A DNA stretch of 52,363 nucleotides, from IMG/VR virus record IMGVR_UViG_3300022177_000001, positions 1-52,363 of that record; one strand, written 5' to 3'. Shown here piece after piece: positions 19,522 to 28,455 of the stretch. This stretch comes from a virus. Lineage: Duplodnaviria > Caudoviricetes. Under the pieces are notes generated by a model. That model was given only the letters and a program-made list of their open reading frames with translations, did not search any database and had not been told where the DNA came from. Position 1 is the stretch's first letter, and each line of letters begins with the position of its first letter. The translations under genes were made by a program, and so were the position numbers.

Positions 19522-20129
19522 CACGCCACCTCCAGGATAGTCCAAGGGTCCAAAAGCCCGTCAATGTGGTCCCGGGGCATCACGAATATCTGCCCGGGGC
19601 CGAAATTTTCCCGCTGCGTGTAAAGCCCGGCAATCTTGACCAGCATCCACTGTTTGATGTCCTCGGGAGTCGTGGCCGCGTAAGGACTTCCCACGGTGCC
19701 TTCTCCGGTCACGGGCCAGCCTGCGGTATAGCGAACCCTGACAGCCCAGAGCACGCCCAAGGTTGACGGCCAGACCGCCCCGTAGGCCGGGAACACCACA
19801 GCCGGAACGGAATCCGAAGCATTGACCACGGCATAGTCAGATTCGGCCAGAGTTCGTTCCACGCCGTCCGCATCGTCGTATTTGATGCTCACCACTTCCC
19901 CGAGCGGCGGCCGGGGAATCTCGAAGATGGCCGGAAAAACGTCCAGGGTCAGTTCCCGCGTCTGCTCGACGAAGGCCCGGCCGGTCAGGTGTTCGCCGTG
20001 GCGGCGCGCCGCCGTAATGAGCATGGACAAAAGCGTGTCGTCGTAGGCGTGGTCGATCCGGCAATGCAGCTTGGCTTCGGCCAGGGTCACGGGTTCGCAC
20101 ACGGGGGCGGTGATGAGCCTGTCAGCCAT
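19521..20129 (-). CDS. Head-tail connector protein (gp6-like)
   Basis: EPVTLAEAK.HCRID...DD.LL..LI.AAR motif and P.DIKQ.ML.....Y..RE. Confidence 0.9.
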   Translation of the reverse strand: MADRLITAPVCEPVTLAEAKLHCRIDHAYDDTLLSMLITAARRHGEHLTGRAFVEQTRELTLDVFPAIFEIPRPPLGEVVSIKYDDADGVERTLAESDYAVVNASDSVPAVVFPAYGAVWPSTLGVLWAVRVRYTAGWPVTGEGTVGSPYAATTPEDIKQWMLVKIAGLYTQRENFGPGQIFVMPRDHIDGLLDPWTILEVA

Positions 20130-20604
20130 GGTTCAGCCCCTCCAGGAATTCCCGGGTCCAGCCGGACATGGAAACGACGCGGCCGCGAATCTGGTCCCGC
20201 ATGGCCATCCAGCCGGGATGAAACATGTGATAGGACGGGTCCGACAGGGGCGCGCCGACGATGATGATGTTTTCGTATCCAAACGATAGAGCCGCGCTCA
20301 CTCCGTATAAGGTGGACGAGCCGGAAACGAGCGGCCCACGATGCCTGACGACGGGGAGCTTCAAGGCTGGTTCGTGAACCCTGAAAACCACCTGAAAATC
20401 CATGTTGCCGCCAGCCTCGCCGCGCTTTTCGTCCCATCGGCCGTTCACAAACTCGACATGGTGCAGTGTGGCCCACATGGAAATGTTGGGCGACGCGGCT
20501 ATCCCGGCCGCGTTGATCGCCATAAAGTCGGCATTGATGTCGCCAAGGGCGGCAAGGTCTTGCGCCAAACACGGCGCGGAACCCATGATGACGATGGTGT
20601 TCAT
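20122..20604 (-). CDS. CstII/Maf (DUF115)-like putative glycosyltransferase
   Basis: IVIMGSAPCL, AIN.A and SGSS......A...GY.NI.IVG resemble the sialyltransferase/Maf fold. Confidence 0.55.
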   Translation of the reverse strand: MNTIVIMGSAPCLAQDLAALGDINADFMAINAAGIAASPNISMWATLHHVEFVNGRWDEKRGEAGGNMDFQVVFRVHEPALKLPVVRHRGPLVSGSSTLYGVSAALSFGYENIIIVGAPLSDPSYHMFHPGWMAMRDQIRGRVVSMSGWTREFLEGLNHG

Positions 20605-21893
20605 GCCTTGGCCTCGTTGTCGCCGTCAGCCGCCGGAATTTTTTCGTCCCGCCAGCCGCCCTTGACCCACTCCGAAAGCGGCATCATGTTGACCGGGGCC
20701 ATCATAATGTCACCGTCGGGGCCAAGCGGATTTTCACCTTCGCGCTGGCGGCAATCGTTGGAAGATAGAATTCCCCACTGCCTGCCTTTGGAATAAACCT
20801 CGTAGCGAGTCTTGATGTCCGCCCGCAAAAGCGTCCACGTGTCGAACTCGATCGACAACCCGTCCTTGTGCAGATCAAAGGCGTGGTCGAATGCCGCCTC
20901 AAACCGTTCCAGGTACGGCATAAGGGTTTGGTCGTAGTAAGCCCTGGTCTGCTGTTCGATGCCTGCCCCCCAGGACGTGGATTTTTCCATGTGCTGGAGC
21001 ATATGCAAAGGCACGCGGAACACCCTGGCGATTTCCTCGACCTGAAACTTGCGACTCTCCAGCCATTCGGCGTCAACTGAGGACATGGAGAGCGCCTTAT
21101 AGGCCATGGCCTCTTCGAGGATTATTGTTTTCCCGGTGTTATTGGTGCCCGAGTACATGTCGTTCCACTGTTCCCGGAGCCGAGCCACAACAGCCTCGTT
21201 GAGGCGCTGTGGATGCTCCAGAATGCCGGACGGACGCGCCCCGTTGCGAAACAGATTCGCGCCGTGCTGTTCCGTGGCCATGGCAAGGCCGATGGACTCC
21301 CGAAGCCCGCCGATGATGGACGTACCCATGAGGCCGCCGGTATTCAGGCATCGGACATGTAGGATGTCTCGGGCAGGGATAATCAGCGGCATTTCCCTCA
21401 AAACGGCCATTTCATGCTCGTTTGCCCTGGACACTTGGTAAAACAACGATCCGTCGTCCGGGGAGACCAGGATTGTGACCTGGTTCGGGCGAATCGGAAC
21501 AAGTTGCACGGGGCGTCCCCGGCCGTCGCGCAAGATGGCCGCATAGGCGTTGCCCCACAAAAGAAGGGCAAACATGGCCTGTTCAAAGAAATCGAAGTGC
21601 GTCTGCCAGCCGTTCGGGTGGCGAAGCAGGGAAGACAAAGCATGGCCTGTCGCCTCGACGGACTTTCCGCTTTTTTCGTCGCTGCGATAGATAGAGACGG
21701 GCAGCTTCGCTACATCCTCGGCCAGGATACGGCAGCAGGCCATGACCGTAGCGCACGACAAAGCCGTCTCCGGCGTGACGTTGACCCCGGCCCCGGTTGT
21801 GCCCCCACCCCAAAGCCTGGAAAGAAACCCCGGACTTGTCAGGGTCGCTTCATCTGCCGACTTACGGCGGAAGATGCGCGAAAAAATGCTCAT
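20601..21893 (-). CDS. Portal protein, HK97 family
   Basis: PN..QT..DF, LL.GNAY, F.NGA.PSGIL and IARVFRVP motifs. Confidence 0.97.
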   Translation of the reverse strand: MSIFSRIFRRKSADEATLTSPGFLSRLWGGGTTGAGVNVTPETALSCATVMACCRILAEDVAKLPVSIYRSDEKSGKSVEATGHALSSLLRHPNGWQTHFDFFEQAMFALLLWGNAYAAILRDGRGRPVQLVPIRPNQVTILVSPDDGSLFYQVSRANEHEMAVLREMPLIIPARDILHVRCLNTGGLMGTSIIGGLRESIGLAMATEQHGANLFRNGARPSGILEHPQRLNEAVVARLREQWNDMYSGTNNTGKTIILEEAMAYKALSMSSVDAEWLESRKFQVEEIARVFRVPLHMLQHMEKSTSWGAGIEQQTRAYYDQTLMPYLERFEAAFDHAFDLHKDGLSIEFDTWTLLRADIKTRYEVYSKGRQWGILSSNDCRQREGENPLGPDGDIMMAPVNMMPLSEWVKGGWRDEKIPAADGDNEAKA

Positions 21894-22102
21894 TTTTTGG
21901 CCCGACCCCGGCCCCGACCCCGTGAGGGGGGAGTCATCTGCGTGTTTTCCGGAGATTCCGGGATGTCGGCCGTGGTATAACCATCATCCTTGATCTCGTG
22001 CGCCACTCCACGGGACACGAACCGTTGCGCCTCGGCATCGGGAAATCCGGCGCTCTCTCCGGCGTTGTATGGTCCGACTGGTTTGGTGAACTGGATCAGC
22101 AT
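21890..22102 (-). CDS. Small head-module protein
   Basis: YNAGE.AGF...A......GVA motif; coupled to the portal gene. Confidence 0.65.
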   Translation of the reverse strand: MLIQFTKPVGPYNAGESAGFPDAEAQRFVSRGVAHEIKDDGYTTADIPESPENTQMTPPSRGRGRGRAKK

Positions 22103-22159
22103 GACTTCCCCCGTTGAAGCCGGGCCAAGGTCTTTCCCCTGGCCCGGCCATGTGGTTGT

Positions 22160-22627
22160 CTAGTTGGCCTTGGCGCTCACGGGCTGAACCTGTGCGCCGC
22201 CCAGGATATAGACGGCGGACAGGGTGGCGGTGTCGGTTCCGGAGGCGTTCATGTCCGGCGTGTACTGGACGCGCACGTACTGGTTGGCCCCGGAGATATC
22301 GAAGTCCAACTCCACGACGCCGGTTTCGGTGGAGCCGCCAGCGCCGCCGGTGGCCACAACCCCGGCGGCCTTGGCGGCACCGAAGTCGTCCACGCCAGCG
22401 CCGCCCGAGGAGGTGGCGTCCTGGAGGTTGGCCGCGATGGACAGGGTTTTCCCCTGCGCCAAAACGGCTTTGTAGGCAATGATGACCTTCAGGGAGTCGA
22501 ATCCCTGGCGGTCGATATAGGCCCCGTCCACTTCGGTGGCGTCGCCGGTTCCGCCAGCGGTGGCCGTCGAGATGGCGGCGTACCGTCCGGCCAGAAGTTC
22601 AGCGAGGCCCTGTGCGTTCACATGCAT
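22160..22627 (-). CDS. Putative capsid decoration protein
   Basis: Directly after the capsid gene; G..IDR.GF and YVRV beta-sandwich pattern. Confidence 0.6.
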   Translation of the reverse strand: MHVNAQGLAELLAGRYAAISTATAGGTGDATEVDGAYIDRQGFDSLKVIIAYKAVLAQGKTLSIAANLQDATSSGGAGVDDFGAAKAAGVVATGGAGGSTETGVVELDFDISGANQYVRVQYTPDMNASGTDTATLSAVYILGGAQVQPVSAKAN

Positions 22628-22657
22628 GGTTATTCTCCTTCTTGGGTGGTGGCGCGA

Positions 22658-23941
22658 CTACGCGCCCCAGGTGATGCCGGTGATGATGGCCGCCGAGCGG
22701 TCGTGCCGCAGGCAGAAGTCGTGCTTGGAAATGGCCCGGATGACGGTCTGATCCTGCGAAAAGGCCGCCACAACCTGGGATCCGTCATGGTAGGCGGCCT
22801 CGCTGGAAACCATCAACTCGATACCCTGTTCCTCGCCGATAACGGCGTCGGCCATGTCCACGAGGTAAAGCTCGGTGGCCGTGCCGGACCCCAGGTTGGT
22901 CGGGACCACGTTGGACTCGAAAATCGGATAGCCCTTGAGCTTGCCGTTCTCGACCTCGGGGAACGCCTTGTAGCCCGTGGCGTCGCGCAGGAACTCCAGG
23001 TAGATGCGCGACCGGGGCGGCATGATCCAGGCCGGGGAAATCATCCGGACATCGTTGTTGAGCAGGCTGGCGAGGCAGAACTTGAGGTCCGTCTCGATGT
23101 TGGCCAGGGACGTCCCGGCGGTGGACGTGCGGTTGCTGGACGTGATCCAGTGGTAAATGCCCTTGGGGGCACTGGCCGTGCCGTCGCCGCGCAGGAACTT
23201 GGCGTCTTCGGTCAGGGCCATGCCCGCCACGAGGTCTTCGGCCACGATAGCATCGGCTGCCGGGCCGTTGGCTTTGAGCAGGTCGTTCGAGATGGGCACC
23301 ACGGCGGCCAGCTTGCGGGAGTTCAACTGAATCTGCCCGAAGGCCATGCCGGTCTTGGTGATGTTGTTGTTTTCACCGACGTAGGAGGCGCTGGTTCCGG
23401 CGGTGATGCGCGGGACCAGGAGCGAACCGTTCATGGGCATGGTCCGGGCACCGGCCCGACGCACCACGGCGCGGGCGCGCAAAAGCTCGATGACCTCGCT
23501 GCTATAAGCGGCCGGGACCAGGAACCCGCCAGCGGAGCCGATGGCAGTCGCCAGGGCCTTGGTAATGGGGTGCTGGTCGCCATACAGCTTGGCGGCTGCC
23601 GCGCAAGATTCCATGGGGTTGCCCTTCCCGGCGGCCAGAGCGCGGACGAACTTGCCGAGATTCGCACCCTTCACCTTTTCGCCGGGATCGTCCATGGAGA
23701 TGAACGGCAGCCCGTCGGCCCCTCTCTGCGGCTCGGCTGGGACAGCACCCAGAGCTTTGAGGTCTTCCACGGTCTTCAAGTTCTTGATCTTGCTGTCGAT
23801 GGATTTGACTTCGGCGTCCAGGTCCGCGAACTCCTTGCCCTGTGCCTCGTCCAAGTCCTTTTCGCCAGCCTCGGCCAAAATGGCCTCCATCCGATCCACC
23901 TTCTTGGCCCGCTCCTCGCGGAGCGCCAGAATCTTGTCCAT
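22658..23941 (-). CDS. Major capsid protein, HK97 family
   Basis: N-terminal coiled-coil delta domain, GGFLVP, YVGE, KLAA.VPISN.LL and L.GDG...PKGI. Confidence 0.97.
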   Translation of the reverse strand: MDKILALREERAKKVDRMEAILAEAGEKDLDEAQGKEFADLDAEVKSIDSKIKNLKTVEDLKALGAVPAEPQRGADGLPFISMDDPGEKVKGANLGKFVRALAAGKGNPMESCAAAAKLYGDQHPITKALATAIGSAGGFLVPAAYSSEVIELLRARAVVRRAGARTMPMNGSLLVPRITAGTSASYVGENNNITKTGMAFGQIQLNSRKLAAVVPISNDLLKANGPAADAIVAEDLVAGMALTEDAKFLRGDGTASAPKGIYHWITSSNRTSTAGTSLANIETDLKFCLASLLNNDVRMISPAWIMPPRSRIYLEFLRDATGYKAFPEVENGKLKGYPIFESNVVPTNLGSGTATELYLVDMADAVIGEEQGIELMVSSEAAYHDGSQVVAAFSQDQTVIRAISKHDFCLRHDRSAAIITGITWGA

Positions 23942-23966
23942 CTGGATTCTCCTTTACCTGAGCGGG

Positions 23967-24758
23967 CTACGCCGCCCCTTTGAGTTTCAGAAGCTGAAGC
24001 GTAGCCTCAGCGCGCCGATACGACATCCCGGACGGCGCGGATTCGCCTTCCTGGGAAATGCTGGTTTTTTCCCCGGAATTATTGGCAATCTCGGCCTGTT
24101 TCTGCGCCGAGTTGTCTGCGGTTTGGGCGGTTTCCGTGGTCGGTTCGGGCGTGGTTTCAGCCTGAATTTCGGCCTTTTTGGGGGTCGATTTCAAAGCCCC
24201 AGTGGCCCCTTCGGCCGTGAAGGGGGAGATATCCAGCCCCTTGAAGCTGGCTTGAATCAGGGCGTCCGGATGCGCCGGGATCGGAACCACGGAGATTTCC
24301 AGGAGTTCGGCCTCAAGGATGTCGTAGCCCCACCGGCCGGACTCCTGGTCATCCACCAACTGCCAGCTGATACACATGAACCCGACGGAAACGGCGTTCA
24401 AACAGCCTTCCTCTATGAGCCGGAAGACGTTTTCGGCCGCCGGGTTGGCTTCGGCGGAAGCAAACTGGATTTTGACCACCAGGGCGTCGCCCTTGACCCC
24501 GATGTCTACGGCTTTTCCAATGGGCAGGGTGTGGGAGTCGTGCCCGAAAAGAATCACGGGGTTGGCCTTGAAGCGGTCAAGCCGCCACCCGTCGAGCTTG
24601 ATGGAGTCGCCGTAACGGTCCACAGCCTCGGTGGAGGCGACAAAGGTTACGGTACGGGCCTTGTCGTCGATGCCCTTGACTTCGACGTTATAGCCCTTGT
24701 GGACGGCCTTCCCGTCTTCGGGGCTGGCCCTGAACTGCGCGCTCGTGATGAAGTCCAT
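23967..24758 (-). CDS. Prohead protease, HK97 family
   Basis: DRYGD, NPVILFGHD...PIGK, SVGF and LLEISVV.IPA. Confidence 0.95.
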   Translation of the reverse strand: MDFITSAQFRASPEDGKAVHKGYNVEVKGIDDKARTVTFVASTEAVDRYGDSIKLDGWRLDRFKANPVILFGHDSHTLPIGKAVDIGVKGDALVVKIQFASAEANPAAENVFRLIEEGCLNAVSVGFMCISWQLVDDQESGRWGYDILEAELLEISVVPIPAHPDALIQASFKGLDISPFTAEGATGALKSTPKKAEIQAETTPEPTTETAQTADNSAQKQAEIANNSGEKTSISQEGESAPSGMSYRRAEATLQLLKLKGAA

Positions 24759-24766
24759 GGTGTCTC

Positions 24767-26374
24767 CTACCCCCCGAGGGTTATGAATCCTCGTTCCTCG
24801 TAAACGCTTGGCCCTGGCGCTCCGGCGTCGCCCACCATCGCCCCGTTCATGGCCATGGCCAGGGCCACGATGCCGTCGATGCGCCCCGTGCTCTTGATCT
24901 TGTCGAATTTGCGGTTCCCGGCCGGGTCGGTCTGGACGCGAACATTTGAGGCGCACATGGTCAGCACAGGATGGTTGCCGTGCGAAATCTTCCCCTCGGC
25001 AAGCGCGTCCTCAAGCGTCTCCACGGCCGGGTTCATGTCTTTGAAGCCCTGGCCATGCGGAATGAGCCGGATCGCGCCGTCAATCGGATCATCCTTGCCG
25101 TCGATCCAGACTTCCACGCCCTCTTCGGCCAAGGCGCGCTGCAAATCTTCGATGCGCCAGCGGTCGAAACGAAGGCCGCGCAAGGTGAATTGCGCGTGCA
25201 ACCGCCCGAGTTCTTGCGCCACGTAGCGGTAGTCGATGGTCTTGCCGGGAACGGAGGTCAGGTGGCCTTGTCTGGCCCACAAATCGTAAGGAACCTTGTC
25301 CTTGTCGGATCGGTCGCGGATGTTGTCGGCCGGGGTCCAGAAGAATGGCAGGATGTGCCACATGCCAGCGAGGTCGCGCGTCACGCATACCAGGGATGTC
25401 AGGTCGTTTTTCCCTGACAGGTCCAGCCCGGCATAAACCTGGAAGTCCTCGAAGGCGGACAAGTCCGGATGCGTCCCGTTGGCCCGCCACACATCCGGCG
25501 TGATGAAGTGCGCGGTCGCGTCGATGCGCTGATTCAGGTGCAGATTGCGGAACGCGGCTTCGGCCGAAGGCATCCGCCGGGCCTTGGTCGCCGTCTCGCG
25601 CATGGTCTTGAGCGAACAGAAATCGTCCAGGGCCGGGTTGCAGGCGAACCAAGTCTTTTCGTCCCACGGGTCGGCGTCTTTGGGCGCGGCGAACAGGCAG
25701 CACACCACCGTTGGGTCTTCGATTTCGCCGCTTTCGGCCTTCGTCCCGTAGTCGATGAGTTCCGACAGAAGCGCCTTGTCGTCCGGGGCCTGCGTGGAGA
25801 ACACGAACACCAGCGGTTCGGCGTGCGCGCCCCGGGAGGTCATGAGCGCGTCGTAAAGCGTCCGGTCACGGCCAAATTCGGCCAGTTCGTCAAAAAAGAT
25901 GACGGACGCGGACTTGCCCATCTTCCCCTTTTTCTCGCCGGAAAGGACTTGGTAGACGGACCCGGAAACGGGATCGATGATCTTCTTGCGGGACTCGACC
26001 ACATTCAGGCGCGCCGAAAGTTCTTCGTCGGCGTAGACCATGGCGGTCATGTATTTGAACAGGATTCCGGCCTGATCGGAGTCGATGGACAGGCTGTAAA
26101 GCTGGCCGTTGCGGATGGCTTCCGGGCCACACAGGTGCGCCAGTCCGAGCCCAGCCACCAAGGCGCTTTTCCCGTTCTTCCGGGGGATGGAAAACGTGGC
26201 TTCGCGGACCAGCCTCTTCCCGTCAGGCCCGACGGGCGCGTAGACGCGGCGGATGAACTTCTTTTGCCAGTCGCGCAACACAAGCGGTTGCCCTGCGTTC
26301 GCCCCGTCCGGGCACCGCAGGGTTTCCAGGAAGTCAATGACATCCTGGGCGCGCTTGTGGTTCATGTCAGCCAC
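24767..26374 (-). CDS. terL: Terminase large subunit
   Basis: PRKNGKS Walker A, FFDE Walker B, GLDLS nuclease motif, RIDG.VA. Confidence 0.97.
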   Translation of the reverse strand: MADMNHKRAQDVIDFLETLRCPDGANAGQPLVLRDWQKKFIRRVYAPVGPDGKRLVREATFSIPRKNGKSALVAGLGLAHLCGPEAIRNGQLYSLSIDSDQAGILFKYMTAMVYADEELSARLNVVESRKKIIDPVSGSVYQVLSGEKKGKMGKSASVIFFDELAEFGRDRTLYDALMTSRGAHAEPLVFVFSTQAPDDKALLSELIDYGTKAESGEIEDPTVVCCLFAAPKDADPWDEKTWFACNPALDDFCSLKTMRETATKARRMPSAEAAFRNLHLNQRIDATAHFITPDVWRANGTHPDLSAFEDFQVYAGLDLSGKNDLTSLVCVTRDLAGMWHILPFFWTPADNIRDRSDKDKVPYDLWARQGHLTSVPGKTIDYRYVAQELGRLHAQFTLRGLRFDRWRIEDLQRALAEEGVEVWIDGKDDPIDGAIRLIPHGQGFKDMNPAVETLEDALAEGKISHGNHPVLTMCASNVRVQTDPAGNRKFDKIKSTGRIDGIVALAMAMNGAMVGDAGAPGPSVYEERGFITLGG

Positions 26375-26804
26375 CGAACATCTTCCTTGCCGGGCGTTTC
26401 TCTATCTCCCCGGGCTCTTTGGCCGCCTGCTTGATCGAAACGCGGCTGTTGGCGCAGATGCGGAGCTTGGTGGCCAGGGCCGCCATGGTCGCGGCGGACT
26501 TCTCCATGATCTTGAACCAGGGGTTTTCGCGCGGGACCGGGCCGTTTTGCGTCATGACCACGATCACGGCTTCGTCGCCGTCGCACCGCTCACAGGCCAG
26601 GAAATGCTTCGCCTCGGCTTCGCAGTAGGCCCGCAAAAGCGGCAAATCTCCGGCCTTGAAGTGGTCCACGGCGTAGTCCTTGACGATGGAAAGCCAGCGG
26701 CCCCTGGCGCGCGGAGACATTCCGGCCGGAGGCCCTGGACGCTTCGCCGTCTTCGTGGCGACAACGGAGAGTTTCCCTGCCGGGGTCGGGCCGCGCTTAC
26801 CCAT
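26367..26804 (-). CDS. terS: Terminase small subunit (P27 family)
   Basis: GKRGP start, L..YC, ENPW, L.I...SR; overlaps the terL start. Confidence 0.9.
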   Translation of the reverse strand: MGKRGPTPAGKLSVVATKTAKRPGPPAGMSPRARGRWLSIVKDYAVDHFKAGDLPLLRAYCEAEAKHFLACERCDGDEAVIVVMTQNGPVPRENPWFKIMEKSAATMAALATKLRICANSRVSIKQAAKEPGEIEKRPARKMFGG

Positions 26805-27102
26805 GGGCCGCCTGCCTCCAGGGATGGTTCGGGGAAAGCGGGATGCCGTTCACGTCGCACCCCTTCACCAGAAATTCGTCTTCGGTCTGGTCGCGCTTCG
26901 AGTAGTTGCAATTCTCGCAAGCGGAACGGAGATTCGCCCGGTCAAAGAACTCCCCGCCCCGGGCAATCGGCGTGGCGTGGTCAACGGTCGTCGCCACGGT
27001 CACGCGCCCGGCTTGTTTGCAGTAGTGGCAAAGCGGGCTCTCGCGTAGGACGATGGCGCGAAGCTTTTTCCACTGCGCGGTGTGGTAGCGGGGATCGTCC
27101 AT
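26797..27102 (-). CDS. Terminase-associated HNH endonuclease (gp74-like)
   Basis: W..LR..VL...PLC..C, VDH..P...GG, NL...C..CN..K. Confidence 0.92.
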   Translation of the reverse strand: MDDPRYHTAQWKKLRAIVLRESPLCHYCKQAGRVTVATTVDHATPIARGGEFFDRANLRSACENCNYSKRDQTEDEFLVKGCDVNGIPLSPNHPWRQAAHG

Positions 27103-27225
27103 GCCTTTTCCTCTGTGCCGAAAAACAAAAAGCCGTGAATCTGGATGGTTCACGGCGGATGGTACAAGAGAAAAATAGAATGATGCTAGATAGTCGTTAC
27201 CATGCACGGTAACAAGTTCGCCCCA

Positions 27226-27253
27226 AAACAAAAGGGCGGCCAGAAGACCGCCC
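27226..27253 (-). terminator. Rho-independent terminator closing the TIGR operon
   Basis: Minus strand GGGCGGTC-TTCT-GGCCGCCC followed by TTTTGTTTT. Confidence 0.8.
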
Positions 27254-27283
27254 CTGTGATGGTGAAATGCTTGCGCGTGAGGG

Positions 27284-27910
27284 CTACTGTGCCATGGCCT
27301 CCCGTCGCGGGCAGTCCAGGTTGACCGGCACAAACGCCGCACTGTGGCCCTTGGTTTTCGCCAGCGCCGCCCGCAGGCGTTCGATGGTCTTGTCTTTTTC
27401 GGCCAATTCGGCGCGCAAAACCTGGATTTCCTCGGCGGCCTCGCGATACCTGGCCTCCCAATTGATGTACCGGATGACCTTTTTCGGCCTCGCGTGGGCG
27501 TCCAGAATCGCGTCCTTGACCTCGGAAGAAACCGGTGTGCTCCGCTTGTTTTCCTCGCGACGTAGGGCGTTGAAGATGATTGGGAGCTTGTCCTGGCCGC
27601 ACTGTTTGGCCGCCCGGGACACGAAGCCGATGCCGTATTTTTCGGCCTGATCGGGGAACTTGACGTAAAGCAACTTCGATTCCCGAAACTTGGTCATGGA
27701 GATGTCGAAGCACTCCCTGAGGTAGATGTCAAAATCGGCCTTGGCGTAGACCGGGTTTTCCTTGAACCGCCCGGTGTGCTCCAGATAGGCCAGGATGCCG
27801 ATGTACTTCCGGTGGGCGGTCAATTCGTCGGACTGGCAGGCCCGGATTGCGGCCTCAATGTCCGCAATGGGCTTGCTGTCGTACTTCGCTTTCAACTGAT
27901 TGATCTTCAT
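27284..27910 (-). CDS. Hypothetical protein, weakly DUF3102-like HTH plus C-terminal coiled coil (208 aa)
   Basis: AGGAGG RBS before MKINQ; F..YL.E.F.IS......LY..F pattern; co-oriented with tas. Confidence 0.7.
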   Translation of the reverse strand: MKINQLKAKYDSKPIADIEAAIRACQSDELTAHRKYIGILAYLEHTGRFKENPVYAKADFDIYLRECFDISMTKFRESKLLYVKFPDQAEKYGIGFVSRAAKQCGQDKLPIIFNALRREENKRSTPVSSEVKDAILDAHARPKKVIRYINWEARYREAAEEIQVLRAELAEKDKTIERLRAALAKTKGHSAAFVPVNLDCPRREAMAQ

Positions 27911-28037
27911 GGGGCCTCCTTTTCTCAAGCAAAAAGGCGATTGTTTCTCCGATGGTTTTGCCGAGCGTGGCGGAAAGTATTTTAATCTGCCTGTAAACCT
28001 CTGTATCTATAGGAAAGTTTACATTTTTCTTTGGCAT
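27855..28037 (-). CDS. Ribbon-helix-helix-like small DNA-binding protein
   Basis: KNVNFPIDTEVYRQIKILSATLGKTIGETIAFLL has a strand-helix-G-helix pattern; AAGGA RBS at the array end. Confidence 0.7.
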   Translation of the reverse strand: MPKKNVNFPIDTEVYRQIKILSATLGKTIGETIAFLLEKRRPHEDQSVESEVRQQAHCGH

Positions 28038-28050
28038 GGGCTTCCTTTAA

Positions 28051-28449
28051 GGGCGCATAGTCTTCATGGGCTTCAATGATCCTGTGGCTCGCACCATCCG
28101 ATTGGGTTTCACCGCCTTGGTGGCTCGCATGCTTAAAATGGGTTTCAAAGGCCCTCTGGCTCGCACGGCAGCGATGAGTTTCACGCTAGCAACGGCTCGC
28201 AGGCACGTAATGGGTTTCACAAGCACCCTGGCTCGCAACGCATCCCTGGGCTTCGCTGTGGTTTTCGACTCGCACCACCATAGTGGGTTTCCTGGTCTTC
28301 CTGGCTCGCATACTCCCAGTGGGGTTCAACGCATACTGGATCGCACGGCGACATTGGATTTCACACGTCCTTTGGCTCGCACGCCGCTTCTGGGTTTCAC
28401 TCAGACGCTTGGCTCGCAGTCTTCACCTGGGTTTCATGGTCATGGTGGC
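28051..28449 (-). ncRNA. TIGR-type dual-repeat guide array 2 (11 units of about 36 nt)
   Basis: Alternating TGCGAGCCA and TGAAACCCA repeats separated by unique spacers, mostly 9 nt (one 8 nt, two 10 nt). Confidence 0.93.
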
Positions 28450-28455
28450 AAAAAC

